Shown here one piece after another: positions 1 to 8,714 of a stretch of 64,000 nt of DNA. The stretch's first letter is position 1. Each line of letters begins with the position of its first letter. A program made the translations under genes and the position numbers. Below the pieces are notes generated by a model that had not been told where the DNA came from, made no database searches, and saw only the letters and a list, made by a program, of their open reading frames with translations. Source of the stretch: a virus; IMG/VR virus record IMGVR_UViG_3300028393_000035, positions 1 to 64,000 of that record. One strand, 5' to 3'.

Positions 1-1231
1 TAAATGTTCCATTATAACTGCCCGAGCCTGCTGCACCAAAACCAGCAATAACGACAGTTTCACCAACATAAAAATTATGTGAATTTTTTGTATAAGTTAC
101 ATAGCCTGCTGATGGAGAACTTGCAGTTAAAGTAAGACCGGTAACATCAGCGGCGGGAGTTAAAGTTAATGTTGTGCCGCTAAGAGCGACCGTTCCATCA
201 GTATAAGTTTGTGTAATTGGCAAATTATCACTTTCCCTAAATAGGAAAAGAGAAATGTCGGCAGTTCCATCAAAAGGAACACCATTAATTTTTCTAGGGG
301 TGGCGAGCGCATTTGCTTTATCAATAGTTGCACCACTTTGAAGCATAGCAGTTGTAATAGTTCCAGAATCAGCAGATGTAATTACATTAGCATTAGCACC
401 TACATTAGGAAAGGTAATAGTTTTACCAGTAGCTGTTTGAGCAGATGCAATTGTTGTTGTACCGCCGCTGCTGCCAGTAATCTTAGGCGTAGTTAATGAA
501 GGAGAGGTACCGAATACAAGTGATCCAGTTCCAGTTTCATCGCTAATAGCTCCGGCTAAAGTTGCAGAGGTTCCTTGAGCAGTTGAACTAAAAGTAACAA
601 GGTCTCCTAATCCAAGATTGGTACGAGCAGTTGATGCAGTTGCTGTAAGCTCACTAAGGTTGTTACTGGTTCTAAGTACTCCTGCATCGTAAACCCATGC
701 TGAAACACCATCTGTAATAAACCTTCTAAATGCATAAGCGACTCCAATAACAACAGCAGCGGTGCCTCCATTAATTGTATCGCTACCAGACTTATTAATA
801 CTAATAGTTTTACTAGCGTCTACATTACTGCCAGCTTGAATAATAATTTCGGTACCGGCAGCAAGTGCGTTAGCCGCTGGCAATGTCACAGTGCGAGCAG
901 CGGTCAATGTTGCAGTTTGTCTAATAATTGAAGATTTAGTTGCAACAATTGTATAATCAGCATTGGTTGACCAATTAATATCATTGAAATCAGGTGGACG
1001 ACCATCTGATAAACGAGTGTCACTTGCCACCACAAATTTAGAAGAACTTGTGTCTGATGACGATGCAATAGCAGCAGTGGCAATACCGGCAAATGGAATT
1101 TTAACTCCGCCAGCGGTTGCGTGATCGTGCAAATCAATTCTTACAAAGTTATCAACCAATTCAGACGAATCATATGGATCAGTAAGACTGTTCCATAAAG
1201 TGAGCGCTAAATTAGTAGTAATCTGTGACAT
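1..1231 (-). CDS. Tail fibre protein (runs off window start; not in ORF track)
   Basis: Manual translation from ATG at 1231: MSQITTNLALTLWNSLTDPYDSSELVDNF...; Thr/Ala/Gly-rich with fibre motifs RTVTLPAA, TARTNLGL, SDETGTGSLVF, LATPRKINGVPFDGTADI; no stop before the edge. Confidence 0.85.
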   Translation of the reverse strand, partial: MSQITTNLALTLWNSLTDPYDSSELVDNFVRIDLHDHATAGGVKIPFAGIATAAIASSSDTSSSKFVVASDTRLSDGRPPDFNDINWSTNADYTIVATKSSIIRQTATLTAARTVTLPAANALAAGTEIIIQAGSNVDASKTISINKSGSDTINGGTAAVVIGVAYAFRRFITDGVSAWVYDAGVLRTSNNLSELTATASTARTNLGLGDLVTFSSTAQGTSATLAGAISDETGTGSLVFGTSPSLTTPKITGSSGGTTTIASAQTATGKTITFPNVGANANVITSADSGTITTAMLQSGATIDKANALATPRKINGVPFDGTADISLFLFRESDNLPITQTYTDGTVALSGTTLTLTPAADVTGLTLTASSPSAGYVTYTKNSHNFYVGETVVIAGFGAAGSGSYNGTF

Positions 1232-1310
1232 TTATAAAATCCTCTTATATTAACTACTTGATCATGCCCGATAGAAAGCATTCATAGGACACAAAAGGAA
1301 TTGTATCATA

Positions 1311-1571
1311 TTACAATAAAATTTTCAAGGCAAGTTCGTGAGTACAACCAGCCTCAAGCATCTTATTAACTTTGTGCCATGAAAGAGGAAAACTGTAAGA
1401 ACAACCATTAATGACATCAACGTGCTTAGCCGCTGCAAGGGCCTTAGAATCTTTCTTAGAAAAACCAAGAGATTCAAACGTGGAAACCCGATGATCGGTA
1501 AGTTCGTCATTGCCAGTAGTGGTAGTTGACATAACTTCTGTCTCCTCGTATTTGTATAGCTTCTTATTCAT
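1311..1571 (-). CDS. Hypothetical protein, 86 aa
   Basis: ORF co-oriented with neighbours. Confidence 0.65.
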   Translation of the reverse strand: MNKKLYKYEETEVMSTTTTGNDELTDHRVSTFESLGFSKKDSKALAAAKHVDVINGCSYSFPLSWHKVNKMLEAGCTHELALKILL

Positions 1572-1592
1572 TAATTGCCGTTCTTTAGTATT

Positions 1593-2015
1593 TTACTTAT
1601 TTTGATTACGCCAGCGAAGCTTGAAACGATTATTGGTCGTCGTTGTATTATTAGATTCAAGCAATCTTTGATTTTTTTCATGATTAGAAGTTAAATCAGG
1701 ACTTGAATAACGATATTCGTCTTCCTTTGTATAAGGATGGGCAGGCCTATCTAATTGACCAAAGTAATCATCTGGCATAAAAACACCTTTAAGGTCAACC
1801 TTCTTGCCAATATTACGCTGACGAAAATAGCTAAGCTCTCTCTTAGTTGCCTCTAAAGCGATTGCCTGACTTTCTCCTTGATTGCGAAGAACATCAAGCT
1901 GATCCTGAAGGATGCTAATAGTATACTCTGCCTCCCAATACTTGCTTTCCATTAATTCAAGTTGATTAGACCAGTGCTTGGCTAACTCTTTCCAATACTT
2001 CTTATTCTTCTTCAT
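1593..2015 (-). CDS. Hypothetical coiled-coil protein
   Basis: Likely start MKKNKK at 2015 after GAGGAA-like SD, short overlap with upstream gene; heptad-like segment. Confidence 0.65.
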   Translation of the reverse strand: MKKNKKYWKELAKHWSNQLELMESKYWEAEYTISILQDQLDVLRNQGESQAIALEATKRELSYFRQRNIGKKVDLKGVFMPDDYFGQLDRPAHPYTKEDEYRYSSPDLTSNHEKNQRLLESNNTTTTNNRFKLRWRNQNK

Positions 2016-2382
2016 TATTTTCCTTTCTGCAACAACCGTCGCAGCCATGTATAGATACAACACTAGCGGCTCTAGGGCCAACATTACGAGACACCCAATT
2101 AATGTGATCTGGGTCGGGATGACCAACACCATGCTCGCAAATCCTCTCCATCATACCACAATCATCGCGCCAATGAGTGGGCCAATCTTTCATATTGTGA
2201 TCAGAGGGATTATGAATAGAGCAACCGTACTTGCTGCAATTTGCGGTTTCTTCATGAGTGTTAACAATTTTTTGTTTTGTGCCAGTAATATAAGTCATGC
2301 AAAACAGCATAGCAAAGTCCCAGCTATATTTCAAGCCGGGACCCGCTAGATAAGGATCACCCCCTAGGTAGTAGGAGAACAC
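2002..2382 (-). CDS. Cys/His-rich hypothetical protein, possibly metal-binding
   Basis: CSKYGCSIHNPSDH, MERICEHGVGHPDPD, HGCDGCC. Confidence 0.7.
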   Translation of the reverse strand: MFSYYLGGDPYLAGPGLKYSWDFAMLFCMTYITGTKQKIVNTHEETANCSKYGCSIHNPSDHNMKDWPTHWRDDCGMMERICEHGVGHPDPDHINWVSRNVGPRAASVVSIHGCDGCCRKENNEEE

Positions 2383-2388
2383 CCCCTA

Positions 2389-2595
2389 CTATGCCTTGGG
2401 GGGCAATGCTGAACGAATACCAACTGCTGATGCAAAAGCAATAACAGTTGTAAGAATCTTCTGTGCTGTCGTAGTAGCTGAGCCGCCAAGTACGCCAGAC
2501 TGAATAATAAACGTAGCCGCACCAACGATAATGCCAAAAGCAAATGATACCTTTGCCTTTGTGAGGTGACTGAGCCAATTAGTAAACTTTGTCAT
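2389..2595 (-). CDS. Holin-like small membrane protein
   Basis: Two hydrophobic helices; SD GAAAGGAGG before ATG 2595; downstream of endolysin. Confidence 0.65.
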   Translation of the reverse strand: MTKFTNWLSHLTKAKVSFAFGIIVGAATFIIQSGVLGGSATTTAQKILTTVIAFASAVGIRSALPPKA

Positions 2596-2629
2596 ATTAC
2601 CTCCTTTCAAATATTAGTGTCTGTAGTAA

Positions 2630-2702
2630 TGCCATGGACAGGGTTCGAACCTGTATAAAACCGATTATGAGTCGGGTGCCTAAACCATTCAGCCACCATG
2701 GC
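2630..2702 (-). tRNA. tRNA, anticodon CAT (elongator Met or Ile2)
   Basis: Acceptor GCCATGG/CCATGGC, anticodon loop CTCATAA, T-arm ACAGG-TTCGAAC-CCTGT; CCA not encoded. Confidence 0.9.
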
Positions 2703-2704
2703 CA

Positions 2705-2777
2705 TAGTCCTGCCGGGAGTCGAACCCGAGTCTGACACCTTATAAGAGTGTTGTGCTAACCGTTACACCACAGGACG
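2705..2777 (-). tRNA. tRNA-Ile(TAT)
   Basis: Anticodon arm ACACT-CTTATAA-GGTGT, T-arm TCGGG-TTCGACT-CCCGG, D-arm GTGT/GCAC; C1:T72 mismatch. Confidence 0.9.
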
Positions 2778-2786
2778 ATGTAACGA

Positions 2787-4136
2787 TTATATCAGAAAAC
2801 TCATGTCACAGTTGCCAATACCGCGAGCTTGCTTAGGCTCAATGCTGCCGGTAGTGCCATCCGTGTACTGACAAGCCCATAGATGCGATTTAGCAATTGC
2901 TGGGACGTTTGCCTGAGGATTCTTTGTATAGGCTGCATGCCAATATCTAAGAGGGTTACGAGTGTGGTCTGCGGGCCACTTAGTAATGGAAGCATCAAGG
3001 TATGGACCGTAGCTGTAAAGTACGCGAACCGTGTAGCCAAGGCGATAACAAGCCTCTACAAAATCAGCAACCCACTTGTCGCCGTTCTTGCCTTCAAATT
3101 TAGGATCTTCCCAATCAAGAACAAGGCGATCACTTGAATTAAGCTTACCAGCCGCCTTAATAGCGTCAGTAAAATTCTTTGCCTCTGCGAGGGGTGTATT
3201 ATTGCTTGGGCGAGCAAAATGATAAACAAAGCGAGTAAGACCAACATGACCTGCTTCACGGAAACGTGTTACAAAAGCCTGATCCTTAAAAGTTGCCCCC
3301 TCTGATGCCTTTAAAGCAATGAGTGGATAACCACCAAGTTTATACTGAGCAGCATTGAAAGGATCGTCTGCATAGATATCAGCAAAATGCTTTTCCTTAG
3401 GTTTAGCAGGAGTAGGAGGTTTAGGGGTTGGCTTAGGCTTAACTGGAGGTTTGACTGGAGGCTTGGGTGCTGGTTTTACAGGGCCAGCCTTAACAAGACC
3501 ATTTAATGCCTTCCAAGTACCAGCGCCAACAACACCATCAGCTTTGAGACCATAAGCCTTTTGAAATTTCTTTACCTGTTCAGTTGTACGACCACCAAAA
3601 CCAGCATTGTTAATTGGGTAAAGAGCAGGCCAATAACCATGCTTTTTAAGAAGTTTCTTTAGAAAGATGACGTAAGGACCCTTATCGTCTTGCTTAATAA
3701 TAGGATTGACCTTATACTTATCAACTGCTGAATAATGACCCTCCTTCCACTTAAAGTGCCAAGCTTCAGAAGGAGCATCACTCCACTCTTTCTTAAACCC
3801 AAAACTAGGGCCATAATTAGCAATAAGTTTTTGAGTCTGATAAGGAACGTCCAATGCAAGGCCTAAACCATGATTAGATGTACCGGGTTGAGCAGCAAGG
3901 TTGCCACCAGCCTGATAACGTTCCCAAGCAGCCCACTGACTCCAATTATTAGCTCGCCAATCACCGGGTTTACCAAGAGGGCGATAAGAGTCATTAACTT
4001 CCACTGTTTGATTGTGAACCTCTTTGCAATAACGAGCAAAAGCGTTCCATGCATCAGCGGCGTCATGACGAAGGCGACCTCCGCCAGTAATGTTAGTCAA
4101 TTCGCTGTCTTTAAGTTTACCGTTGGCGCTCATCAT
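2787..4136 (-). CDS. Modular endolysin: M15/VanY-like peptidase + peptidoglycan-binding domain + Pro/Lys linker + GH25 muramidase
   Basis: SYR...PGTSNHGLGLALD...EAWH (M15); VKKFQKAYGLKADGVVGAGTW (PGBD); LKASEG, YHFARP, LDWED (GH25). Confidence 0.9.
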   Translation of the reverse strand: MMSANGKLKDSELTNITGGGRLRHDAADAWNAFARYCKEVHNQTVEVNDSYRPLGKPGDWRANNWSQWAAWERYQAGGNLAAQPGTSNHGLGLALDVPYQTQKLIANYGPSFGFKKEWSDAPSEAWHFKWKEGHYSAVDKYKVNPIIKQDDKGPYVIFLKKLLKKHGYWPALYPINNAGFGGRTTEQVKKFQKAYGLKADGVVGAGTWKALNGLVKAGPVKPAPKPPVKPPVKPKPTPKPPTPAKPKEKHFADIYADDPFNAAQYKLGGYPLIALKASEGATFKDQAFVTRFREAGHVGLTRFVYHFARPSNNTPLAEAKNFTDAIKAAGKLNSSDRLVLDWEDPKFEGKNGDKWVADFVEACYRLGYTVRVLYSYGPYLDASITKWPADHTRNPLRYWHAAYTKNPQANVPAIAKSHLWACQYTDGTTGSIEPKQARGIGNCDMSFLI

Positions 4137-4163
4137 ATATTAACCTCTTGAAGTAGATGATTA

Positions 4164-4637
4164 TTAAGCCGTCATTTTGTTAGCGTACTTAGCCCATTGA
4201 ACATCAGACCTAGCAACAAGTGACTCAATGCTCTCGTTGTTAACAATCCAAGAACCATCATTACTAAATTCGCAATAAATGACAGATTCAACAACGCCAA
4301 GCAACTGACGACTACAAGAAATACAAGGTCTAGAACTAGTTGCAAAATTGCCCGTTCTGGTCAAAGTGACAATGCAAATGGTGTCTGCATTGTGATGATC
4401 TTTAGGAAGATTTAGCAAAGCATGATGTTCGGCATGAACAGAAGCAATAGCCATACCGCCGTCATGCTTATGAGCGCAACCCTTAGCTAAAATTTCGCAC
4501 TTCTTATCACTCTTAAAAACAACTGCTCCGGTTCTATGTCTCTTATGAGTAGAACGCATAGCTTGCTTAGTAGCCTCGTCCCAAATAGACATTGGAGCAT
4601 ATTCTGTCAATAGACTTGTTGATGGAATGTTTTTCAT
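4164..4637 (-). CDS. Cytidine/dCMP deaminase-family Zn protein
   Basis: HAE and RPCISC motifs; probable leaderless start ATG 4637, 6 nt after TGTTATACT. Confidence 0.85.
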   Translation of the reverse strand: MKNIPSTSLLTEYAPMSIWDEATKQAMRSTHKRHRTGAVVFKSDKKCEILAKGCAHKHDGGMAIASVHAEHHALLNLPKDHHNADTICIVTLTRTGNFATSSRPCISCSRQLLGVVESVIYCEFSNDGSWIVNNESIESLVARSDVQWAKYANKMTA

Positions 4638-4643
4638 ACCATC

Positions 4644-4652
4644 AGTATAACA
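4644..4652 (-). promoter_or_regulatory. Extended -10 promoter for leaderless deaminase mRNA
   Basis: TG-T-TATACT, 6 nt, then ATG with no SD. Confidence 0.6.
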
Positions 4653-4653
4653 C

Positions 4654-4690
4654 AAAGCCCCCGGCGGGGCAACCACGAACCGGGGGCTTT
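4654..4690. terminator. Intrinsic terminator, likely bidirectional
   Basis: AAAGCCCCCGG...CCGGGGGCTTT perfect inverted repeat. Confidence 0.75.
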
Positions 4691-4736
4691 ATTATATAAA
4701 GCCCGGTAAGCTTCAGTGAGAGGTTTATCCGGGGAA

Positions 4737-4809
4737 TAGCGGAGGCGGGATTCGAACCACACGACCTCTTGGATATGAACCAAGCGAGCTACCACTGCTC
4801 CACTCCGCG
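4737..4809 (-). tRNA. Initiator-type tRNA-fMet(CAT)
   Basis: 5' CGCGGAG with C1 mismatch, A11:T24, anticodon arm CTTGG-TTCATAT-CCAAG, T-loop TTCGAAT. Confidence 0.88.
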
Positions 4810-4816
4810 ATGTATT

Positions 4817-4845
4817 ATTATAACATAGTTGTAATAAATTTTCAA
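4817..4845 (-). promoter_or_regulatory. Sigma70/SigA-type promoter for tRNA-fMet
   Basis: TTGAAA-17 nt-TATAAT with TG extension. Confidence 0.8.
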
Positions 4846-4850
4846 GTTAA

Positions 4851-4943
4851 AGGGCCACCTACGCTTTTCCGCTTGCGTATAATGGATCATTGTCTATAAA
4901 TTAATTCCATTTTTTCATTTATAGATTAGGCGGTTTCATCAGT
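4851..4943 (-). ncRNA. Candidate small structured RNA between tRNA-Leu and tRNA-fMet
   Basis: Own TGTTATAAT box; stems CCGCCTA/TAGGTGG and TCTATAAAT/ATTTATAGA; possible pseudoknot AATGGA/TCCATT. Confidence 0.35.
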
Positions 4944-4973
4944 ATCTATTATAACACTCATGAGTGACCCTAG

Positions 4974-5056
4974 TACTCAGGAAGGGATTCGAACCCTTAA
5001 GGCCGCGTGGCCGGGAGATTTTGAGTCTCCTGTGTATACCGTTCCACCACCTGAGC
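4974..5056 (-). tRNA. tRNA-Leu(CAA)
   Basis: Anticodon arm GGAGA-CTCAAAA-TCTCC; long variable arm GGCC-ACGC-GGCC. Confidence 0.95.
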
Positions 5057-5062
5057 AAGTTA

Positions 5063-5221
5063 TTAACCTACAACTGATACTAGCATATATGTAGAGACCA
5101 TAGACCAAACAACTGCTACAACTACTCTATGCCATGTATGCTTGCAAAAACCACGGGCATAATAACCGCCAATGGCAGCCAGTCCTTCAAAGATCAAATG
5201 CGTTAGATAATTTGTAAACAT
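5063..5221 (-). CDS. Small membrane protein, 52 aa (below ORF-track cut-off)
   Basis: MFTNYLTHLIFEGLAAIGGYYARGFCKHTWHRVVVAVVWSMVSTYMLVSVVG; SD AAGGAAAG. Confidence 0.6.
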   Translation of the reverse strand: MFTNYLTHLIFEGLAAIGGYYARGFCKHTWHRVVVAVVWSMVSTYMLVSVVG

Positions 5222-5266
5222 TGACTTTCCTTTGTATTGACTTTACTACAGTGCAATATAGCATAC

Positions 5267-8188
5267 TTAGGTTCGTCCTTCTAGGGCAAGTAGTCCAGTA
5301 GCATACCCAAATCCGCCATTTCCATAAATAACGTCCGATTGCCTAGGATTAAAGTTATACAAACAACTTACATAATTTGTCGCACTTAACGCAATATTTA
5401 TTGGGTTAGATGGCGTGACGCTAATTGTGACTGTATTGCCATTTTTTGCAGTAATAATTGCACCCTTAGATGGAAAATTAGAAATCGTTCCATTTGCAAA
5501 AATATTAGAATTTACAGTCCACGTTGAAGGTATTCCCGCACTAAAAGTAAGCACATTTCCAGAACTTGTTAAAGTACCAGTTTTAATATCCGTATTTGAT
5601 GTTTTAGATTTAGAATTATAATAATAAATTAAACCTCTTGCATTTTCAACGCCCGGATTTAATCCATTTGTATAATCGGTTGCCCATTTGTAATACATTA
5701 CTTGGTCAATTGTCCAATTTTTAGTGTAAGAATATTTGTATTTATCTGTGACTAATTCAACGTAACTTTTAGAATATTTTTTAGTTAATGAATCGTAAAT
5801 TGGTGCTGCTTGTACGAACGGACCAACATATTGATTTTGACGAGTTTCGGTTGAATCAGCAGGACTTCCATGTTCGCTAATAATATAATTTGGAAAATTT
5901 TGTATTTCTGGTATTGTATTTCCAGACGCATTAATTAATTTAAAATAATTAGGTTCAATAATATCTGGAAGTAAAGTTCTTGTAATATTTGAAATCATGC
6001 GATAAGAATCGCTTGGATCTGTATTTTTTGCAGTTCTATATGTATTGCCTGAAAATTTATCAAATTTATTTTTACCATTTCCAAATTTAGGTTCAAAAAT
6101 AGCCTGATACGGCGAATTTTTTCCAATTGATTCGGTATTAGCATAAGTAGGAGCAATATAATTTGCGTCTGTGCCCTCGGCCATAGCTCCTAAAACAATT
6201 TTTGCTTTTGAATCAATTGAATGAGCCTCTAATTTAATTTTTTCAACAAGATCAATTACAGAAGGTGCCCAAGTGTAACCTTTATCAAGCAAAGTTTGCG
6301 TTTTAGTTGTTATCCTACATATATCAAAAATTTTATTAGTTACTGTTGACAAAGAAGGAAGGTCGCTCTTTTTGTCCCTATGCATCACAATTAATTCAGA
6401 ACTGCTAATAAATTTAATTTTATAAGCTCCTGAAAATCCGGAAACGTTTCCATTTTCTCCAATGCTAATTTCATCTCCTACATTGTATTTAGTAAAATAA
6501 CTTGCCAAATTTTTAAGTCCAGTAAATTTATAGCAAATTTGTCCGCTTGATGTATAAACTGTTGCATTTCCTGCTTCACCTATTTTTGTAACGCCGCTTA
6601 TTACCGTTTCATTTTTTCTGTGCTGAGGCCAGTTTGTTGCCATGTCTTCAGCTATAAAACAAAAACTGCGATTGATATCTTTAATATACGCAAAAATAGC
6701 ATTAGAATTATTTTGCAAATTAAATTCGTTATAAATTTGCCAATTAATAATTTTTGGATATTTTAATTTAATAGATATTGGTGTTCCGGAATATGTAGTT
6801 GTAATTGTGTTAGTAAGCGTAATATTTTTGCCGTTAATTGAAGAGACTCGGGTGTTTGGCAAAATATTAAATAAATTTTGATTTGTTTGAGCGGTTACTT
6901 CTTCAACAGTCATTCCAACAACTATGTTGGCAGCATCATTTACAGTTATAACATTAGTTACATCCGATGTTGTCCAAGATGCCGTTCTTGACAACGAATA
7001 ATTTCCTTCCCAAATTGCATCATTCCAAAAATTTCCGTTATTACCATATTTGTTTAATACAGCATTTGCAAAAGTGACAAAATTATTATAATTTTTTGGA
7101 ACAGTTCCGCCTTTGCGTTTAACATGTATTAAAAATATATTAAAATCATTTAAAGTTTCAAAAACAAATTGATCTGAAATTTGTCCCGGTGCCCCCGGTG
7201 TTCCGGTATTACTATATAATTTTTTATTAGTTGTTAATCCTTGATAATTGTTTTCATAAAATTGATTAATACCTGCGGTCATATTCAAAGACTGTGTTGG
7301 AGCAGCGTAGCTTCCAATATTTGCAGTTAAAGATTTATCAAATGTAATTGTATAAGCATTTGTACCCTTAGTTACATTCATAACTTTTGTTCCAGATTGA
7401 AAACCAGTTCCTGACAATATCATTCCCGTTTGAATCATAAATGCACGATTCATGTCTTCTACAACAACAGTTTTTGAATTATTATATCCGTTAGCTGTAA
7501 CTCGGACGCCTTGATATGGTAAGTATGAACCCGATTCAGAAGAATCTCTTGTTGAAAATGGGTTAGACAAATCTAGCCTATAATCATAGTCAACTTCCCA
7601 TGATGGAGGACCGCTTAATCGTGGCATTAACATAATGCCATTTTTGCTTGCCATATAAATAAACGCATCTAAATTATATTTAGAATTTGACCCCGCCGTT
7701 GTCCATGAATAAGTGTGACTTGTTCCAGATGGTTGAACCTTTTCAATAGCGTCCCAAGGCAACGAGAATCTTAAAGATTCAACTCCACTGGCTGCCATAG
7801 ATTCAATCTGGTATTCAACACTAAATGGATTTGTGTAAAAATTAACATACCCTCCGTCAATATCATTTGCTAAAGGCGAAGAAATTGTAATTCCATTTGC
7901 ATTGCCAGAAACTGTTATTGAATTTACTTTTGTTGGTATTGTAGAACTATCGACTGGAAGAATGTTAACTCCGGAAACATACTGACCAACTTTTACTCCT
8001 AATGAGGCCGGAGTACCTGATAGCGTCAGAGTAGTTGAACCTTTTAAACCAGTAACCCTAATTGATATCTTGACACCACCATTGTCAGTAGCATACAAAG
8101 AAAATCCATCATCAATATAGTTGGGAACTCCGCCTGACAAGACGTTGATATTGTTTCCTGCTGTTCCGTATGGTATTAATCTTGGCAT
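5267..8188 (-). CDS. Large clan GH-A (GH5/GH39-like) glycoside hydrolase with inserted beta-rich repeats; probably virion-associated
   Basis: GVESLRFSLPWDAIE, LSGPPSW, WQIYNEFN, AKIVLGAM, ISEHG motifs interleaved with fibre-like repeats. Confidence 0.7.
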   Translation of the reverse strand: MPRLIPYGTAGNNINVLSGGVPNYIDDGFSLYATDNGGVKISIRVTGLKGSTTLTLSGTPASLGVKVGQYVSGVNILPVDSSTIPTKVNSITVSGNANGITISSPLANDIDGGYVNFYTNPFSVEYQIESMAASGVESLRFSLPWDAIEKVQPSGTSHTYSWTTAGSNSKYNLDAFIYMASKNGIMLMPRLSGPPSWEVDYDYRLDLSNPFSTRDSSESGSYLPYQGVRVTANGYNNSKTVVVEDMNRAFMIQTGMILSGTGFQSGTKVMNVTKGTNAYTITFDKSLTANIGSYAAPTQSLNMTAGINQFYENNYQGLTTNKKLYSNTGTPGAPGQISDQFVFETLNDFNIFLIHVKRKGGTVPKNYNNFVTFANAVLNKYGNNGNFWNDAIWEGNYSLSRTASWTTSDVTNVITVNDAANIVVGMTVEEVTAQTNQNLFNILPNTRVSSINGKNITLTNTITTTYSGTPISIKLKYPKIINWQIYNEFNLQNNSNAIFAYIKDINRSFCFIAEDMATNWPQHRKNETVISGVTKIGEAGNATVYTSSGQICYKFTGLKNLASYFTKYNVGDEISIGENGNVSGFSGAYKIKFISSSELIVMHRDKKSDLPSLSTVTNKIFDICRITTKTQTLLDKGYTWAPSVIDLVEKIKLEAHSIDSKAKIVLGAMAEGTDANYIAPTYANTESIGKNSPYQAIFEPKFGNGKNKFDKFSGNTYRTAKNTDPSDSYRMISNITRTLLPDIIEPNYFKLINASGNTIPEIQNFPNYIISEHGSPADSTETRQNQYVGPFVQAAPIYDSLTKKYSKSYVELVTDKYKYSYTKNWTIDQVMYYKWATDYTNGLNPGVENARGLIYYYNSKSKTSNTDIKTGTLTSSGNVLTFSAGIPSTWTVNSNIFANGTISNFPSKGAIITAKNGNTVTISVTPSNPINIALSATNYVSCLYNFNPRQSDVIYGNGGFGYATGLLALEGRT

Positions 8189-8571
8189 TAATTATTATTT
8201 TTAATATATTGATGAACTTCTTTAGACAATTGATGAATCTCATTAGACATATTTATTAATTTTTGAAGTTCAATTGCTTGCAAACCAATAAGTTGATTTG
8301 TGTTTTGATCTGTCTCAAGATCAATTTGATCTCTTTTGCGATCTAGCGCCGCAATTTGCTCTCTATGTTCTTCGGCCCTTCTAGTAGCCATACCAACAAG
8401 AAGAGAAACAAAAACAGCTTCCATAGAAATAAAATCTAAAAATAGATGGTGATCGCCACCTTCAGAAAACCAAGCCGTTGCATATATTGCAACATGTAAC
8501 ATAAAACTTTGCCATGTAAAAATAAGTTTAGAAAAACAAACTGCAAAATTGTCCATTATTTTAGAAATCAT
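8188..8571 (-). CDS. DUF1003-like membrane protein with C-terminal coiled coil
   Basis: Two TM segments, FISMEAVFVSLLVGMATRR, coiled-coil tail. Confidence 0.6.
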   Translation of the reverse strand: MISKIMDNFAVCFSKLIFTWQSFMLHVAIYATAWFSEGGDHHLFLDFISMEAVFVSLLVGMATRRAEEHREQIAALDRKRDQIDLETDQNTNQLIGLQAIELQKLINMSNEIHQLSKEVHQYIKNNN

Positions 8572-8603
8572 CTTATATATTATAAGTTTGATTTATCTAA
8601 AAG

Positions 8604-8685
8604 TGGTGGGAGAAGGATTCGAACCTTCGAAGTCTGAGACAGCGGATTTACAGTCCGCCCCGTTTGGCCGCTTCGGTATCCCACC
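8604..8685 (-). tRNA. tRNA-Tyr(GTA)
   Basis: GGTGGGA acceptor; GCGGA-CTGTAAA-TCCGC; long variable arm. Confidence 0.95.
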
Positions 8686-8714
8686 ATAGTCTGCATAAAT
8701 TGTAAATGTACTAG

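Noticed and set aside
4865-4942. Hammerhead ribozyme (CTGATGA ... GAAA on minus strand)
   Set aside because: No stem II directly follows CTGATGA and no stem I/III with a cleavage triplet can be built
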